Positions 25,572 through 34,523 of a stretch of DNA of 58,629 nt are shown here, piece after piece (position 1 is the first letter of the stretch; each line of letters begins with the position of its first letter). The notes below the pieces were generated by a model that saw nothing but the letters and a program-made list of their open reading frames with translations, made no database searches and was not told where the DNA came from. Position numbers and translations under genes: made by a program. Source of the DNA: Halieaceae bacterium (GTDB lineage Bacteria; Pseudomonadota; Gammaproteobacteria; Pseudomonadales; Halieaceae); NCBI GenBank assembly GCA_029247075.1, contig JAQWLX010000012.1, positions 1-58,629 of the forward strand, written 5' to 3'.

Positions 25572-26732
25572 TCACGATGACGCCCTTGGCGTCATATCCA
25601 ATGGTATCTGATTATGATTTATCGACCATTCAAGGTCAAAGTCTTCGCAAATAAGATTTTCAATCTTTTCGGCCAATTCTTTGTCGAATTTTATTTGTTT
25701 GGGATCTGCGACATCCCTTCCAAAGGTTCCGCTAGAAATATTTACACCTTTTTCCAGAAGCACACCTAAAGTCTCCCACGGCACATGATCTTGCTCAAGA
25801 CGAGTAAGCATAACTGAATGGATTTTATCTTCTCCAATAGAGCTAATAATCTCACGAGTACTGCTTTCACTAGAATCACATGCCACTACAGGACAAACTA
25901 CCACATTTGGTAATACTTTCTCTATGGCAGTTATATCTTCTTTGGTGTTTGCTCCGGAGGTGTCTATAATCATCACTCCCTTTCCTAGCTCGTTGGATAC
26001 CTTTTTTAGTTCGTTGGTATTTTGAATGCGATAACTCTCTGCGCCAAGTCGATTGGCGATGACCTGGCAGGTGCTCCAGGATCCAAGTCTTTTGTCACAA
26101 TAACTTACAATAGCAACCCTTCCCTCATTATCTGTTTCTAAAATCCTAGAAGCCAACCTAGCAGCCATTGATGTTTTTCCTGAACCCGGATTGCCAACAA
26201 TTAAAAGATTCTGTCCGGGTTGAACATTAATCTCAGGCTTGATCAACCCGTTGTGAATCACCGATACTATGTGATCAACTACTTCATTAGGTGTGGCGTG
26301 AGAGGGAATCGCGTCTATCCAAGCTTTCCTCATAGACTCAGGGATCCCGATTTCTTCAAGCTCGCTCCACAAGATCTGCTGATGTGATGAAGACAACTTT
26401 GGTCTATAAAGCCAGTTAGCAGACGTCTTCTTACTCATCTTTTCCATTTCAGAGCGGAATTCCATCAATTCTTTCCTCAAGATATCGAGGGTAACACCAG
26501 CTCGCTCATCATCTGTATCAGTTACTTCTTTATCTGGGACTTGTTTAATTTCGAGTGGCTCTTTGGCCATATCGACTAGATCGACAAGTCCATCTCCTTC
26601 GATGGCGATAATAATTTCATTTTTATTCTCTGATCTAGAGTTGGAAATCACTAGTGCCTCATCTCCAAATGAACGCCGTATTTTTTCCATCACGGACCGA
26701 GAGTCCGGACCAACTATTTTTTCAAGTCTCAT
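25572..26732 (-). CDS. flhF: SRP-type GTPase FlhF (flagellar placement)
   Basis: 386 aa. G1 GNPGSGKTS, G3 IIDTSG. Overlaps the flhA stop (ATGA). Confidence 0.9.
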   Translation of the reverse strand: MRLEKIVGPDSRSVMEKIRRSFGDEALVISNSRSENKNEIIIAIEGDGLVDLVDMAKEPLEIKQVPDKEVTDTDDERAGVTLDILRKELMEFRSEMEKMSKKTSANWLYRPKLSSSHQQILWSELEEIGIPESMRKAWIDAIPSHATPNEVVDHIVSVIHNGLIKPEINVQPGQNLLIVGNPGSGKTSMAARLASRILETDNEGRVAIVSYCDKRLGSWSTCQVIANRLGAESYRIQNTNELKKVSNELGKGVMIIDTSGANTKEDITAIEKVLPNVVVCPVVACDSSESSTREIISSIGEDKIHSVMLTRLEQDHVPWETLGVLLEKGVNISSGTFGRDVADPKQIKFDKELAEKIENLICEDFDLEWSINHNQIPLDMTPRASS

Positions 26733-28858
26733 TCTTCATTCTCCTGCTCTTGGGTATCTATTGTGGCGACTACGGTAATGTCCTGATCTTCCGGAATTTC
26801 GGTATAGGATAAGACCGTTAAGCCTGGTATTCGTTGGCGTGCTGAACGAGAAAGCCAAGGTCTCAACGCTGGCGAAATCACCAGTACGGCTGGTAGGCCC
26901 TTTTGCTCGACTGACTCCGATTCTTTTTTGAGGGCTTTAAATAGGCTTTCTGCTAATTTTGGATCGATAATAAGTGAACCGTTCCTTTCGCTTTGTTGCA
27001 GCACATTAGTGATTATCTGCTCAAGTTTTGGTTCAAGGGTCATTACTGGTAATGCTTCGTCGACGCTAATCAAATTTTGCATAATGAAGCGACCTAATCT
27101 AGGTCTAACCAAAGCAGTTAACTGGTCGGGGTCGCTAGATTTTCCAGCCTCTGAGGATAGCACATCGATGACTGATCTCATGTCTCTTACGCTAATGCCT
27201 TCAGCTAGCAAATTTTGAAGAACTTTAGTGATTATCGATAGCGACATTTTATCTGGTACCAGTTCTTCTACTAGCTTAGGCGATCTCTCTGCAACTTTAT
27301 CAAGCAGTTGCTGAGTTTCATCGTGGCTAAGAAGTTCTGATGAATTATCCAGTAGAATGGTGTTTAGATGCGTGGCGATTGCTGTTGCAGGGTCGACAAC
27401 CGTATAACCAAGGGTCCGTGCATAGTCTCTCTGAGAGCTATCAATCCAATATGCGTCGAGGCCAAATGCGGGTTCCTTTGTTGGTGTCCCGTTAAGTTCT
27501 CCATGTACGTCACCTGGATTTATTGCTAACTCCTGACCGACCTTAATTTCACCTTTTCCACGCACTACACCACTGATGACGATATTGTAGGCATCAGGTT
27601 GTAGTTCAAGGTTATCTCTTATCCTTATTGGCTGAACTAAGAAACCTAACTCTGCCGAAAGTTTTTTCCGAACACCTTTTATTTTTGTTAATAAAGTGCC
27701 GCCCGACTCAGGACTTACCAATGGAATGAGGCCGTAACCGATATCCACCCCAACCAGGTCTACCTGATCTAGATCGGCCCAATCTAACTCTTCTTCCTCG
27801 GATTGTTCCTGTTTTTCCGTACTATCGATTGCCGCGGTTGTATCTTGATTTCTGCGAAGAATCGAAACGCCGATCGCTATAGCACCACCGCTAATAGCAA
27901 TAAATATGAAATGGGGCATTCCGGGAACAAGACCAAGGGTGAGTATGATTGCTGCGGCTACGAAGAAAGCAAGTGGGTTCGATAGTTGCGTCGCTGCTTG
28001 TGAATATACGGTCTCTTGAGTGGTAACCCTAGTTACTATGATGGCCGTGGAGAGAGATAGTAAAAGAGAAGGGATCTGCGCTACCAATCCATCTCCTATG
28101 GTTAAAAGCACATATATCCGACCTGCTTCGGAAAAGCTAAGGTCATGTTGAGCTATTCCAATCATTAATCCCCCGAGGATATTGATGACAAGAATTAATA
28201 ACCCTGCAATAGCGTCGCCTCGAACGAATTTAGAGGCACCATCCATAGAACCATAAAAATCGGATTCCTGAGAGAGCTCTTCCCGTTTAATCTTTGCCGT
28301 ATTTTGGTCGATTACACCAGCATTCAGATCGGCATCGATAGCCATTTGTTTTCCTGGCATCGCATCAAGAGTAAATCTAGCGATGACCTCGGATACTCTC
28401 CCTGCACCCTTGGTTACTACAATAAAGTTAATGATCATCAATATGGCGAAAACGATGAAACCGACCACATAATTACCAGCTATTACAAATTCTCCGAATG
28501 CCTGTATAACTTTTCCAGCGGCATCAGAACCTTCATGTCCGTGAACTAGCACCACTCGCGTAGAAGCGACATTCAGACCAAGTCTAAGCATGGTCGCGAA
28601 AAGTAATATGAGTGGAAAAGATGAAAATTCAAGAGGAGCTTTGACGTGAACTGCGATCATGATGATTACGAGCCCTAGTATTATGTTAAAAGTGAACAAA
28701 AAATCGAGTAGAAATGGCGGCAAAGGCAGCACGAGCATCGAAATGATGAGCAAAAGAAGTAATGGAATGCCTAGCGTAGATAGTTCAAAAGTCGACATCG
28801 ATTGTCGAAATGATGACATAGAGAGCGTTGCCATAAAAATAAAACCCCTATAAAACAA
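26729..28858 (-). CDS. flhA: flagellar export gate protein FlhA
   Basis: 709 aa. Conserved FVRGDAIAGLLILVINILGGLMIGI, 8 TM helices, large cytoplasmic C-domain. The start may be a downstream ATG at 28834. Confidence 0.95.
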   Translation of the reverse strand: MFYRGFIFMATLSMSSFRQSMSTFELSTLGIPLLLLLIISMLVLPLPPFLLDFLFTFNIILGLVIIMIAVHVKAPLEFSSFPLILLFATMLRLGLNVASTRVVLVHGHEGSDAAGKVIQAFGEFVIAGNYVVGFIVFAILMIINFIVVTKGAGRVSEVIARFTLDAMPGKQMAIDADLNAGVIDQNTAKIKREELSQESDFYGSMDGASKFVRGDAIAGLLILVINILGGLMIGIAQHDLSFSEAGRIYVLLTIGDGLVAQIPSLLLSLSTAIIVTRVTTQETVYSQAATQLSNPLAFFVAAAIILTLGLVPGMPHFIFIAISGGAIAIGVSILRRNQDTTAAIDSTEKQEQSEEEELDWADLDQVDLVGVDIGYGLIPLVSPESGGTLLTKIKGVRKKLSAELGFLVQPIRIRDNLELQPDAYNIVISGVVRGKGEIKVGQELAINPGDVHGELNGTPTKEPAFGLDAYWIDSSQRDYARTLGYTVVDPATAIATHLNTILLDNSSELLSHDETQQLLDKVAERSPKLVEELVPDKMSLSIITKVLQNLLAEGISVRDMRSVIDVLSSEAGKSSDPDQLTALVRPRLGRFIMQNLISVDEALPVMTLEPKLEQIITNVLQQSERNGSLIIDPKLAESLFKALKKESESVEQKGLPAVLVISPALRPWLSRSARQRIPGLTVLSYTEIPEDQDITVVATIDTQEQENEE

Positions 28859-28907
28859 TTACTTAATATTAACTAGTGCTTTTTATTCAAATATCAACTA
28901 CATGTAT

Positions 28908-28923
28908 TGCAAGGGTTGTGCCA
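28908..28923 (-). promoter_or_regulatory. sigma54 promoter for the flhA-flhF-flhG-fliA operon
   Basis: The reverse complement reads TGGCAC-AACCC-TTGCA, ~50 nt upstream of the flhA start. Confidence 0.8.
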
Positions 28924-28964
28924 AAAACGTTGTTCATGCCTTACTAAGGCTATGTTTGAATCAC

Positions 28965-28991
28965 TAAAGAATTTATTGAGAATGTCGATTT
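28965..28991 (+). promoter_or_regulatory. sigma28-type promoter for the flgP-like operon
   Basis: TAAAGAAT (28965-72) - 11 nt - GTCGATTT (28984-91), ~60 nt before ATG 29053. Confidence 0.6.
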
Positions 28992-29052
28992 ACTTGAGTG
29001 TTGGACTAGGTTTAGCCTATAAGTTTTTGTTGTAGTGCGAGGATTACGAGAT

Positions 29053-29565
29053 ATGAAGATAAAAAAGAAAGCTTTATCCGCTGCGTTGCTGCTGTTTCTA
29101 AGCAATATGTTGCTTAGCTCTGCCATTTTTGCAGATCATCGTGCTTCTCACAAAAACGTTCGACCTACTGCCAGTTCGGGTGGTTCGGTTAGAGCTTTGG
29201 TCGAAGACCAATACACTGTGACAGCCACTGGTTATGCAGTAATTGCGGTTCAGCGCCATAGTAATCCTGCGCAGCAGCGTTTGATGGCGATAAGGGCAGG
29301 AAAGATGGATGCCTATCGATCTCTTGCAGCTCAAGTATATGGTCAGCATGTGAATTCGACCACTACCCTTGGCGACTTGATAGTCGGTAGTGATGTTTTC
29401 AGAGCGAGAATCGAGGGCGTGATTTATGGTGCGGAGCTTGTAAGTATTGAAACTGTAGGTGATGATACTTATGCTGTCACACTCAGTCTGAACCCGCGAG
29501 TAGTAAACGATTTGAGAAAATTATACTTAAAATATTCTAACCAATTTGCAAGAAAGGCTTCATAA
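29053..29565 (+). CDS. flgP: LPP20/FlgP-family flagellar basal-disk protein, apparently not lipidated
   Basis: The track ORF starts at GTG 29035. ATG 29053 has SD GAGGA. Signal peptide with no Cys. TATGYAVIAV...QQRLMAIRAGKMDAYRSLAAQVYG...EGVIYGAELV...DDTYAVTLSL fits the LPP20/FlgP pattern. Confidence 0.7.
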   Translation: MKIKKKALSAALLLFLSNMLLSSAIFADHRASHKNVRPTASSGGSVRALVEDQYTVTATGYAVIAVQRHSNPAQQRLMAIRAGKMDAYRSLAAQVYGQHVNSTTTLGDLIVGSDVFRARIEGVIYGAELVSIETVGDDTYAVTLSLNPRVVNDLRKLYLKYSNQFARKAS

Positions 29566-29592
29566 GTCAAAATTCTTGCGCTCGGAAGTGCG

Positions 29593-30750
29593 ATGAGTGA
29601 TCCCAGAGGGTATAAAAATTGGCTCAGGTTAGTGTCCACCCTGATTTTTTTCGTGTTTTTTTTCGGAGGGTACGCCTATGCGGATGATAAATTATCTGCG
29701 GAGGAGAGATTGGAAGCCTTACGTCAGTCCTTACTAGACGAGGCGTTGAGCGGTGAAATAGACATTGTGTCAAGTGCTTATGTAGGCTCAGATGGCCAAA
29801 TGCATGAGTCGGCCTATATTACTGCAAATAAGTCTGTTCGAGGTGTTAGGGTAGTAGGGTACGTGAATCCGGAGCCTTCCAGTTCGCCTGCTCCACCCCG
29901 CCGGCGTTCAAAGGATAACTGTGTCTCAAAACGTTACCGTCCCCAGTTGGTTGTTTCGGCGATTCCCCGTGGCAATCCAAACACTAGAGTGGGTTCGGTT
30001 TACTTAAGTGCTGTGGTATCTGAGACGCGTGAAAAATTACTAGAAAATCTAAGAAATAATTCACAAGTGGTTGTTGTAGAAAGTGATGAGGGTTTGTATG
30101 AAACAGAATATGACGCGATCCTAGCACGAGTCGACCAAGGAGTCGGTTCTTATAAGCTAAATGTGGAAATCGGTTTAAGCACTACTCAAGCCGGGAAAAT
30201 TGACAAAGGGATTTACCAGGCAGGTAAAGCAGCGAATAGCATTTGGCAATATGTTCCGTTCTTTAACGTTTACCGAGGATCTCCGGCAAATATAGCTGGA
30301 GGTATAAACTACAAACTTAAAGTAAACCAGGTAGACCAGCCCAAAATAGTATTTGCTGCAAATGAAGAAATTAGTTTTAGGAGTGAGCCAGAGCCAACTC
30401 GAGCTACGGTTTTGCCGAGTAAGCTTCGAGAAGAAATCAGGGGATCAGTTGGAGATATCCTTGAAGAAGTTTTGGGCGGCTTGCTATGCGAGCCTGAAAG
30501 AATCGTCACACGACGTGCCCAAGACGGAACATACTCGTTGCTTGCTGGACAAGCAGCGGGAGTAACTTCTGGTGATCAGTTTATTTTAGTGAGGACGGCG
30601 ATCTGGGATCGTGACCGACTTGATATTAACGATGTTGCGGAATTGGCGTTAGCGAGAGTGGAGTTTGTCTATAAAAATGAGTCGGCGATTAAAGTGATCG
30701 CCGGACCGAATGCCCCAGATTCCGGAAGTCTCATAGCCATACCATTTTGA
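29593..30750 (+). CDS. secreted protein of unknown function; possible FlgT/FlgO-like outer ring component (context and size only)
   Basis: 385 aa. N-terminal signal/anchor (LVSTLIFFVFFFGGYAYA). Follows the flgP-like gene in the same sigma28 operon. No motif I can name with certainty. Confidence 0.45.
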   Translation: MSDPRGYKNWLRLVSTLIFFVFFFGGYAYADDKLSAEERLEALRQSLLDEALSGEIDIVSSAYVGSDGQMHESAYITANKSVRGVRVVGYVNPEPSSSPAPPRRRSKDNCVSKRYRPQLVVSAIPRGNPNTRVGSVYLSAVVSETREKLLENLRNNSQVVVVESDEGLYETEYDAILARVDQGVGSYKLNVEIGLSTTQAGKIDKGIYQAGKAANSIWQYVPFFNVYRGSPANIAGGINYKLKVNQVDQPKIVFAANEEISFRSEPEPTRATVLPSKLREEIRGSVGDILEEVLGGLLCEPERIVTRRAQDGTYSLLAGQAAGVTSGDQFILVRTAIWDRDRLDINDVAELALARVEFVYKNESAIKVIAGPNAPDSGSLIAIPF

Positions 30751-30760
30751 GGTGATAGAT

Positions 30761-31174
30761 ATGAATTCTTGGAAATATTGTTTTGCGTGCCTTGTCTTCT
30801 TGTTACCGATTAATCTAGCGGCAGGAAACGATTCGGTGGACAGTGCTCTGGCAACTTTGCTGGGTACAGATGTTGCCAATGGGAAGGCAGTTAAAAAGCA
30901 ATCTGGAAGCTATGGGTCTACCTATAACGTCCGTCGCGGAGATACCCTCGACGCAATCATAAGACAAAGTTTTAATACTTCAAAAATCCGAAGACCGATT
31001 ATTCGTCAGGCATTTGTTAAGGCAAATCCAGGTGTATTCCGTCGAGGAAATCCTAATTGGATGTATGCTGGTAAGGTGTTGACCATGCCAGAGGTTAAAG
31101 ATTTTCAGAAAGCTATTTTTGTGGATGGTGCCCCGACTGCTAGCGGCAAACGTGATTGGGTTAGTTATCCTTAA
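30761..31174 (+). CDS. secreted FimV/HubP-type LysM domain protein
   Basis: The track start is GTG 30752. ATG 30761 follows GAGGTG. Signal peptide. YNVRRGDTLDAIIRQ...AFVKANPGVFRRGNPNWMYAGKVLTMP resembles the FimV N-terminal LysM. Confidence 0.65.
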   Translation: MNSWKYCFACLVFLLPINLAAGNDSVDSALATLLGTDVANGKAVKKQSGSYGSTYNVRRGDTLDAIIRQSFNTSKIRRPIIRQAFVKANPGVFRRGNPNWMYAGKVLTMPEVKDFQKAIFVDGAPTASGKRDWVSYP

Positions 31175-31186
31175 AACGAATTTCCA

Positions 31187-32299
31187 ATGACAAGCGGAGT
31201 AGAACAGCTAGGCCTTTCCTCTCGACCTTTGAGTGGCGTGTTAGTCAATCAACCTCCTATACAAATCACGGAAGCAATTGCGAAAGAACTTCAGCTACGA
31301 GATGGTCAAATTGTAAAGGCATTGGTAGAGCATGGCGGTAAACATTTACTGCTTAGTGCAAATGAGAGGAGTTTCAGTCTGCCGGTAGGATCAATATATT
31401 CCGCTGGAGCTACGCTAAGTCTTCGGTATGCCACCAGCATCTATGGCAAGCATTTATTGCCGACTAGTCAGCCTGCGTCCTCGAAAAACGTTTCTTTGAG
31501 CAGAACTCCCACTACTACTGCGTCTCCTTCAGGTTTGGTGCAACTTGCACTTTCATACTTAGGGAAGCTTAATAGTGTGGGCTTGGGGTCGCAGGATCTT
31601 GCATCTATTCTAGGAGTTTCTGGATTTGCTGTATCAGTAGATAAATCGAGAGATAAAGGTGTATCTGAAAAGGTGCGATTGCCGCAGTTTCCCTCAAAAA
31701 GCTCCAGAATCACACCTAGACTAGTGGCCGACGCGCTGCTCCATTCAGGCTTATTTTCAGAGTCGATCTCGACCGATAAGTTGCGAGGCAGGCTGGATAT
31801 AAAACAAACTTTGCTCTGGTTACGAGAAGCGTACTCGCAAGATATCGACCAGATAGTAAAGATTTCAGGGGCAATTGACGCGATTGAATTAGCCCAAATA
31901 GAGAGCTTGATCGCTCAAGAAAGACGTGAGGTGTTGTATCGCTTTGCTTTTCCCTTTCAGGAAGGTAGTAGTGTCCAGGTCGAGATAGAGGGGCGCAACC
32001 AGGGTGGAAACAAAGGAGGTCGTTCTTGGTCAATTGCATTAGATACGGTTGATCCAAGTTTGGGAGATGTTTCGGTAAAAGCCTCCCTCCTTGATAAAGG
32101 TGCTCTAGATATAACGTTCTGGGCTGATAGACCAGGGACAGTGTCGTTGATGAAGAATATGTTGTCCGAGTTAACTTTTGAATTAGAGAGATACCAAATT
32201 ACCGTGACCAACACGAATGTAATAATAGGGAGAAGGGTTAGGGAGAATTCAGCTTCAAACGCTGAAGTACAAGGCTCTTTCCTTGATTTGGAGACATAG
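31187..32299 (+). CDS. second FliK-like protein (C-terminal Flg_hook-type domain)
   Basis: 370 aa. The C-terminus DPSLGDVSVKASLLDKGALDITFWADRPGTVSLMKNMLSELTFELERYQITV follows the LG.V.V...G.l.v.f.a....r..L...L..L...L pattern of FliK C-domains. Confidence 0.6.
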   Translation: MTSGVEQLGLSSRPLSGVLVNQPPIQITEAIAKELQLRDGQIVKALVEHGGKHLLLSANERSFSLPVGSIYSAGATLSLRYATSIYGKHLLPTSQPASSKNVSLSRTPTTTASPSGLVQLALSYLGKLNSVGLGSQDLASILGVSGFAVSVDKSRDKGVSEKVRLPQFPSKSSRITPRLVADALLHSGLFSESISTDKLRGRLDIKQTLLWLREAYSQDIDQIVKISGAIDAIELAQIESLIAQERREVLYRFAFPFQEGSSVQVEIEGRNQGGNKGGRSWSIALDTVDPSLGDVSVKASLLDKGALDITFWADRPGTVSLMKNMLSELTFELERYQITVTNTNVIIGRRVRENSASNAEVQGSFLDLET

Positions 32300-32308
32300 G
32301 TGTAATGC

Positions 32309-32584
32309 ATGATGGGTGACTCGGAAAAGAAAGCGGTTGCACTAAAATACGAGCAACATTCTACGCCAAGAGTTATCGCGAAAGGCGATTATGAGATTGC
32401 AGAAGCCATGATACAGAATGCGATTGCTCAGGGAATCCCGATAACTAGCGATCCAGCTTTAGTCGGAGTGCTGATGAATTTAGAATTGAATGAAGAAATT
32501 CCAGAGGAGTTGTATGTAGCTGTTGCAGTTATCTTATCTTGGGTGTATTGGCTTAGAGGGGATACTCCTGAAAGCTTGAGATAG
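32309..32584 (+). CDS. stand-alone FlhB C-terminal (CC) domain protein (FlhX/YlqH-like T3SS switch-domain paralogue)
   Basis: 91 aa. KAVALKYEQHSTPRVIAKGDYEIAEAMIQNAIAQGIPITSDPALVGVLMNLELNEEIPEELYVAVAVILSWVY matches the post-NPTH part of FlhB/YscU proteins. Confidence 0.8.
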   Translation: MMGDSEKKAVALKYEQHSTPRVIAKGDYEIAEAMIQNAIAQGIPITSDPALVGVLMNLELNEEIPEELYVAVAVILSWVYWLRGDTPESLR

Positions 32585-32588
32585 ACGG

Positions 32589-33017
32589 TCAGGTTTTCTT
32601 AATTGGCGTGTTATATTTTGGCTTAGCAAGGCCGCCTGCCTTAGTATACACCTCGACATCATCGGTCGCAGAGCCTTCCCTAAGAGATGCCAGCGCCCCT
32701 TTTACCGCCTCGAGTTTTCTATTAATAAGAATTTCATTTCGTCTATGAAGTTCATGACAGCGATCTATCAGTATCTTAATAGAAGAAACTTCTTCTTGGT
32801 GGGATTGAGAAATTTCTGAAGTATCTGATGCATTGATAGACTCAATGAGTCCATCAGTTCCCAATACCTCCATAATTGCAATTTTTCGAGGCTGAAGTCT
32901 ATCGAAAGAATCCATATCCTGTTGTTTCAAAGCTGAAAATTCCTGCTCTAAAATTTTCTCAAGAGTCTCTAGTTGAATACTAATTTGCTTAGGTTGATCG
33001 GGAGCGTCTTTGGCCAT
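32589..33017 (-). CDS. flgN: flagellar chaperone FlgN
   Basis: 142 aa, helical. LEKILEQEFSALKQQDMDSFDRLQPRK. Position downstream of flgM. Confidence 0.8.
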   Translation of the reverse strand: MAKDAPDQPKQISIQLETLEKILEQEFSALKQQDMDSFDRLQPRKIAIMEVLGTDGLIESINASDTSEISQSHQEEVSSIKILIDRCHELHRRNEILINRKLEAVKGALASLREGSATDDVEVYTKAGGLAKPKYNTPIKKT

Positions 33018-33055
33018 ACTTAGGGTTTATCCCTTAGCTAAAAAACCCGTTTGAA

Positions 33056-33364
33056 TTAATTTGGGTCTGAAATCAGTTGCTCAAGAGCAAAGAAGCTTTC
33101 CGCGATTCGCTTCTCGTCGAGAGGATACTCCCCTTTAGCAATCATCTCTTTGATTTGATTTACTTTTTCCGAGTCAAACTCGGCGGATTCCAATGCTGCT
33201 GTAGTTGCTTCGCTAAGCTTAATCTCATCGCTACCAACTTTCGAGGGCGCGCCAGCGGTCGGAGCCTCAGTTGATTTATCTCCTGAGCTTACTTTTTTGA
33301 ACGTGTCTGCACTTTGGACAGACCGCGTCTTGTCTACACTTGGGGTCACTGAATCGCTCATCAT
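33056..33364 (-). CDS. flgM: anti-sigma28 factor FlgM
   Basis: 102 aa. The C-terminus EKVNQIKEMIAKGEYPLDEKRIAESFFALE is typical FlgM. Confidence 0.88.
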   Translation of the reverse strand: MMSDSVTPSVDKTRSVQSADTFKKVSSGDKSTEAPTAGAPSKVGSDEIKLSEATTAALESAEFDSEKVNQIKEMIAKGEYPLDEKRIAESFFALEQLISDPN

Positions 33365-33408
33365 TTACTCACCTGCACCCATCTAAGATGCTTTTTCGCT
33401 TACCACCT

Positions 33409-33435
33409 TAATCGACAATAGTACCTTAATCTTTA
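33409..33435 (-). promoter_or_regulatory. sigma28-type promoter for flgM-flgN
   Basis: The reverse complement reads TAAAGATT - 11 nt - GTCGATTA, ~45 nt upstream of the flgM start. Confidence 0.6.
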
Positions 33436-33452
33436 ATGCTAACTCATTTTTT

Positions 33453-34523
33453 TTAATTAGGTAACGTAACTTTGCCCACTCCAGCCACGCGCGCAACCAC
33501 ATTTTCCCCCGAATCAGGGTTTTTTAGCTTAATAAGATCACCCATCAGGCCGTTTTCTTGCGCGATTAGCGTTACGGCGATATTAAGCGAGCCTTTCTTT
33601 ATACTTAACGTTGTGGCTTCTCCGGAACGAACAAGCGGCGCTGGGCGAACATCCGAGTGTCGCAAAAGAGTGTCTGATCTCAGGAGTCTGACGGCTTGCA
33701 CTCGCCCTAACGTACTTAAATTAAGCACCGAATTCCTTGGTATCTTATCGTTCGTGCTGCGCATCTCAGTATTTGTATTGTCTACCAGACTTCCATATCG
33801 AATGTTTTCGGTAACAAAAAGCGCTCTTTTCCTCTCGTTAAAGTCTATCCTAGAAAGAAGTCGACCCGCTCGTAACTGACGCGCGGCTACACTTCCATTT
33901 ATTAGTCTCGTGGGGAATATCTGGTTTGCGGTCGTGCGCGACTCAGCAATAATTATTTTTTTTATACTTGATGCAGTTAATTTAGACTTCGCCTCTACAT
34001 CATGAATTAATTTGTGTGCCACCACTGCTTTCTCGATATCTGTTGTTAACGCAATTTGTCCTGGCTTAACTGGACGTCTGAGGACGACCAAGCCTAGATT
34101 TTTTCTATCTATAATTGATTTAGAAAATTTTCCTTCCATTCTCTCCAATATTAGCTCTTTGCTAGTTAACGGATGGCCTCGTTCAAAGCTTCCTATATAT
34201 ACTGGGACATCGCGTATCTCCGTAATACTAATGGAGATATAGGATCTCCATTTGGCGGATTTGCATTCGACAAGTAGGGAATTTTCTGACTTCTCAAAAA
34301 AACTTATCTTAAAGTTTTCTGCGCAGAGTGGAGGGGAAAAGCTGGGGTGAAGAGGTCTTAAGCTCACTTGATCAGATGAGATTTCTAGTGAATTACCGAC
34401 GTACTGCTTTACAGCAGCTTCCAGCACGATTTTTGGATCCACCGGCGTATCCGTCTTACTCCAAACAGTACAAGCGCAACCTAAAAAGCTGATAAGTAAG
34501 AGCTTAAGCCATCTAATCTGCAT
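33453..34523 (-). CDS. flgA: P-ring assembly chaperone FlgA (unusually long)
   Basis: 356 aa. Signal peptide. The C-terminus LVRSGEATTLSIKKGSLNIAVTLIAQENGLMGDLIKLKNPDSGENVVARV is the canonical FlgA end. Additional SAF-like segments lie upstream. Confidence 0.85.
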   Translation of the reverse strand: MQIRWLKLLLISFLGCACTVWSKTDTPVDPKIVLEAAVKQYVGNSLEISSDQVSLRPLHPSFSPPLCAENFKISFFEKSENSLLVECKSAKWRSYISISITEIRDVPVYIGSFERGHPLTSKELILERMEGKFSKSIIDRKNLGLVVLRRPVKPGQIALTTDIEKAVVAHKLIHDVEAKSKLTASSIKKIIIAESRTTANQIFPTRLINGSVAARQLRAGRLLSRIDFNERKRALFVTENIRYGSLVDNTNTEMRSTNDKIPRNSVLNLSTLGRVQAVRLLRSDTLLRHSDVRPAPLVRSGEATTLSIKKGSLNIAVTLIAQENGLMGDLIKLKNPDSGENVVARVAGVGKVTLPN

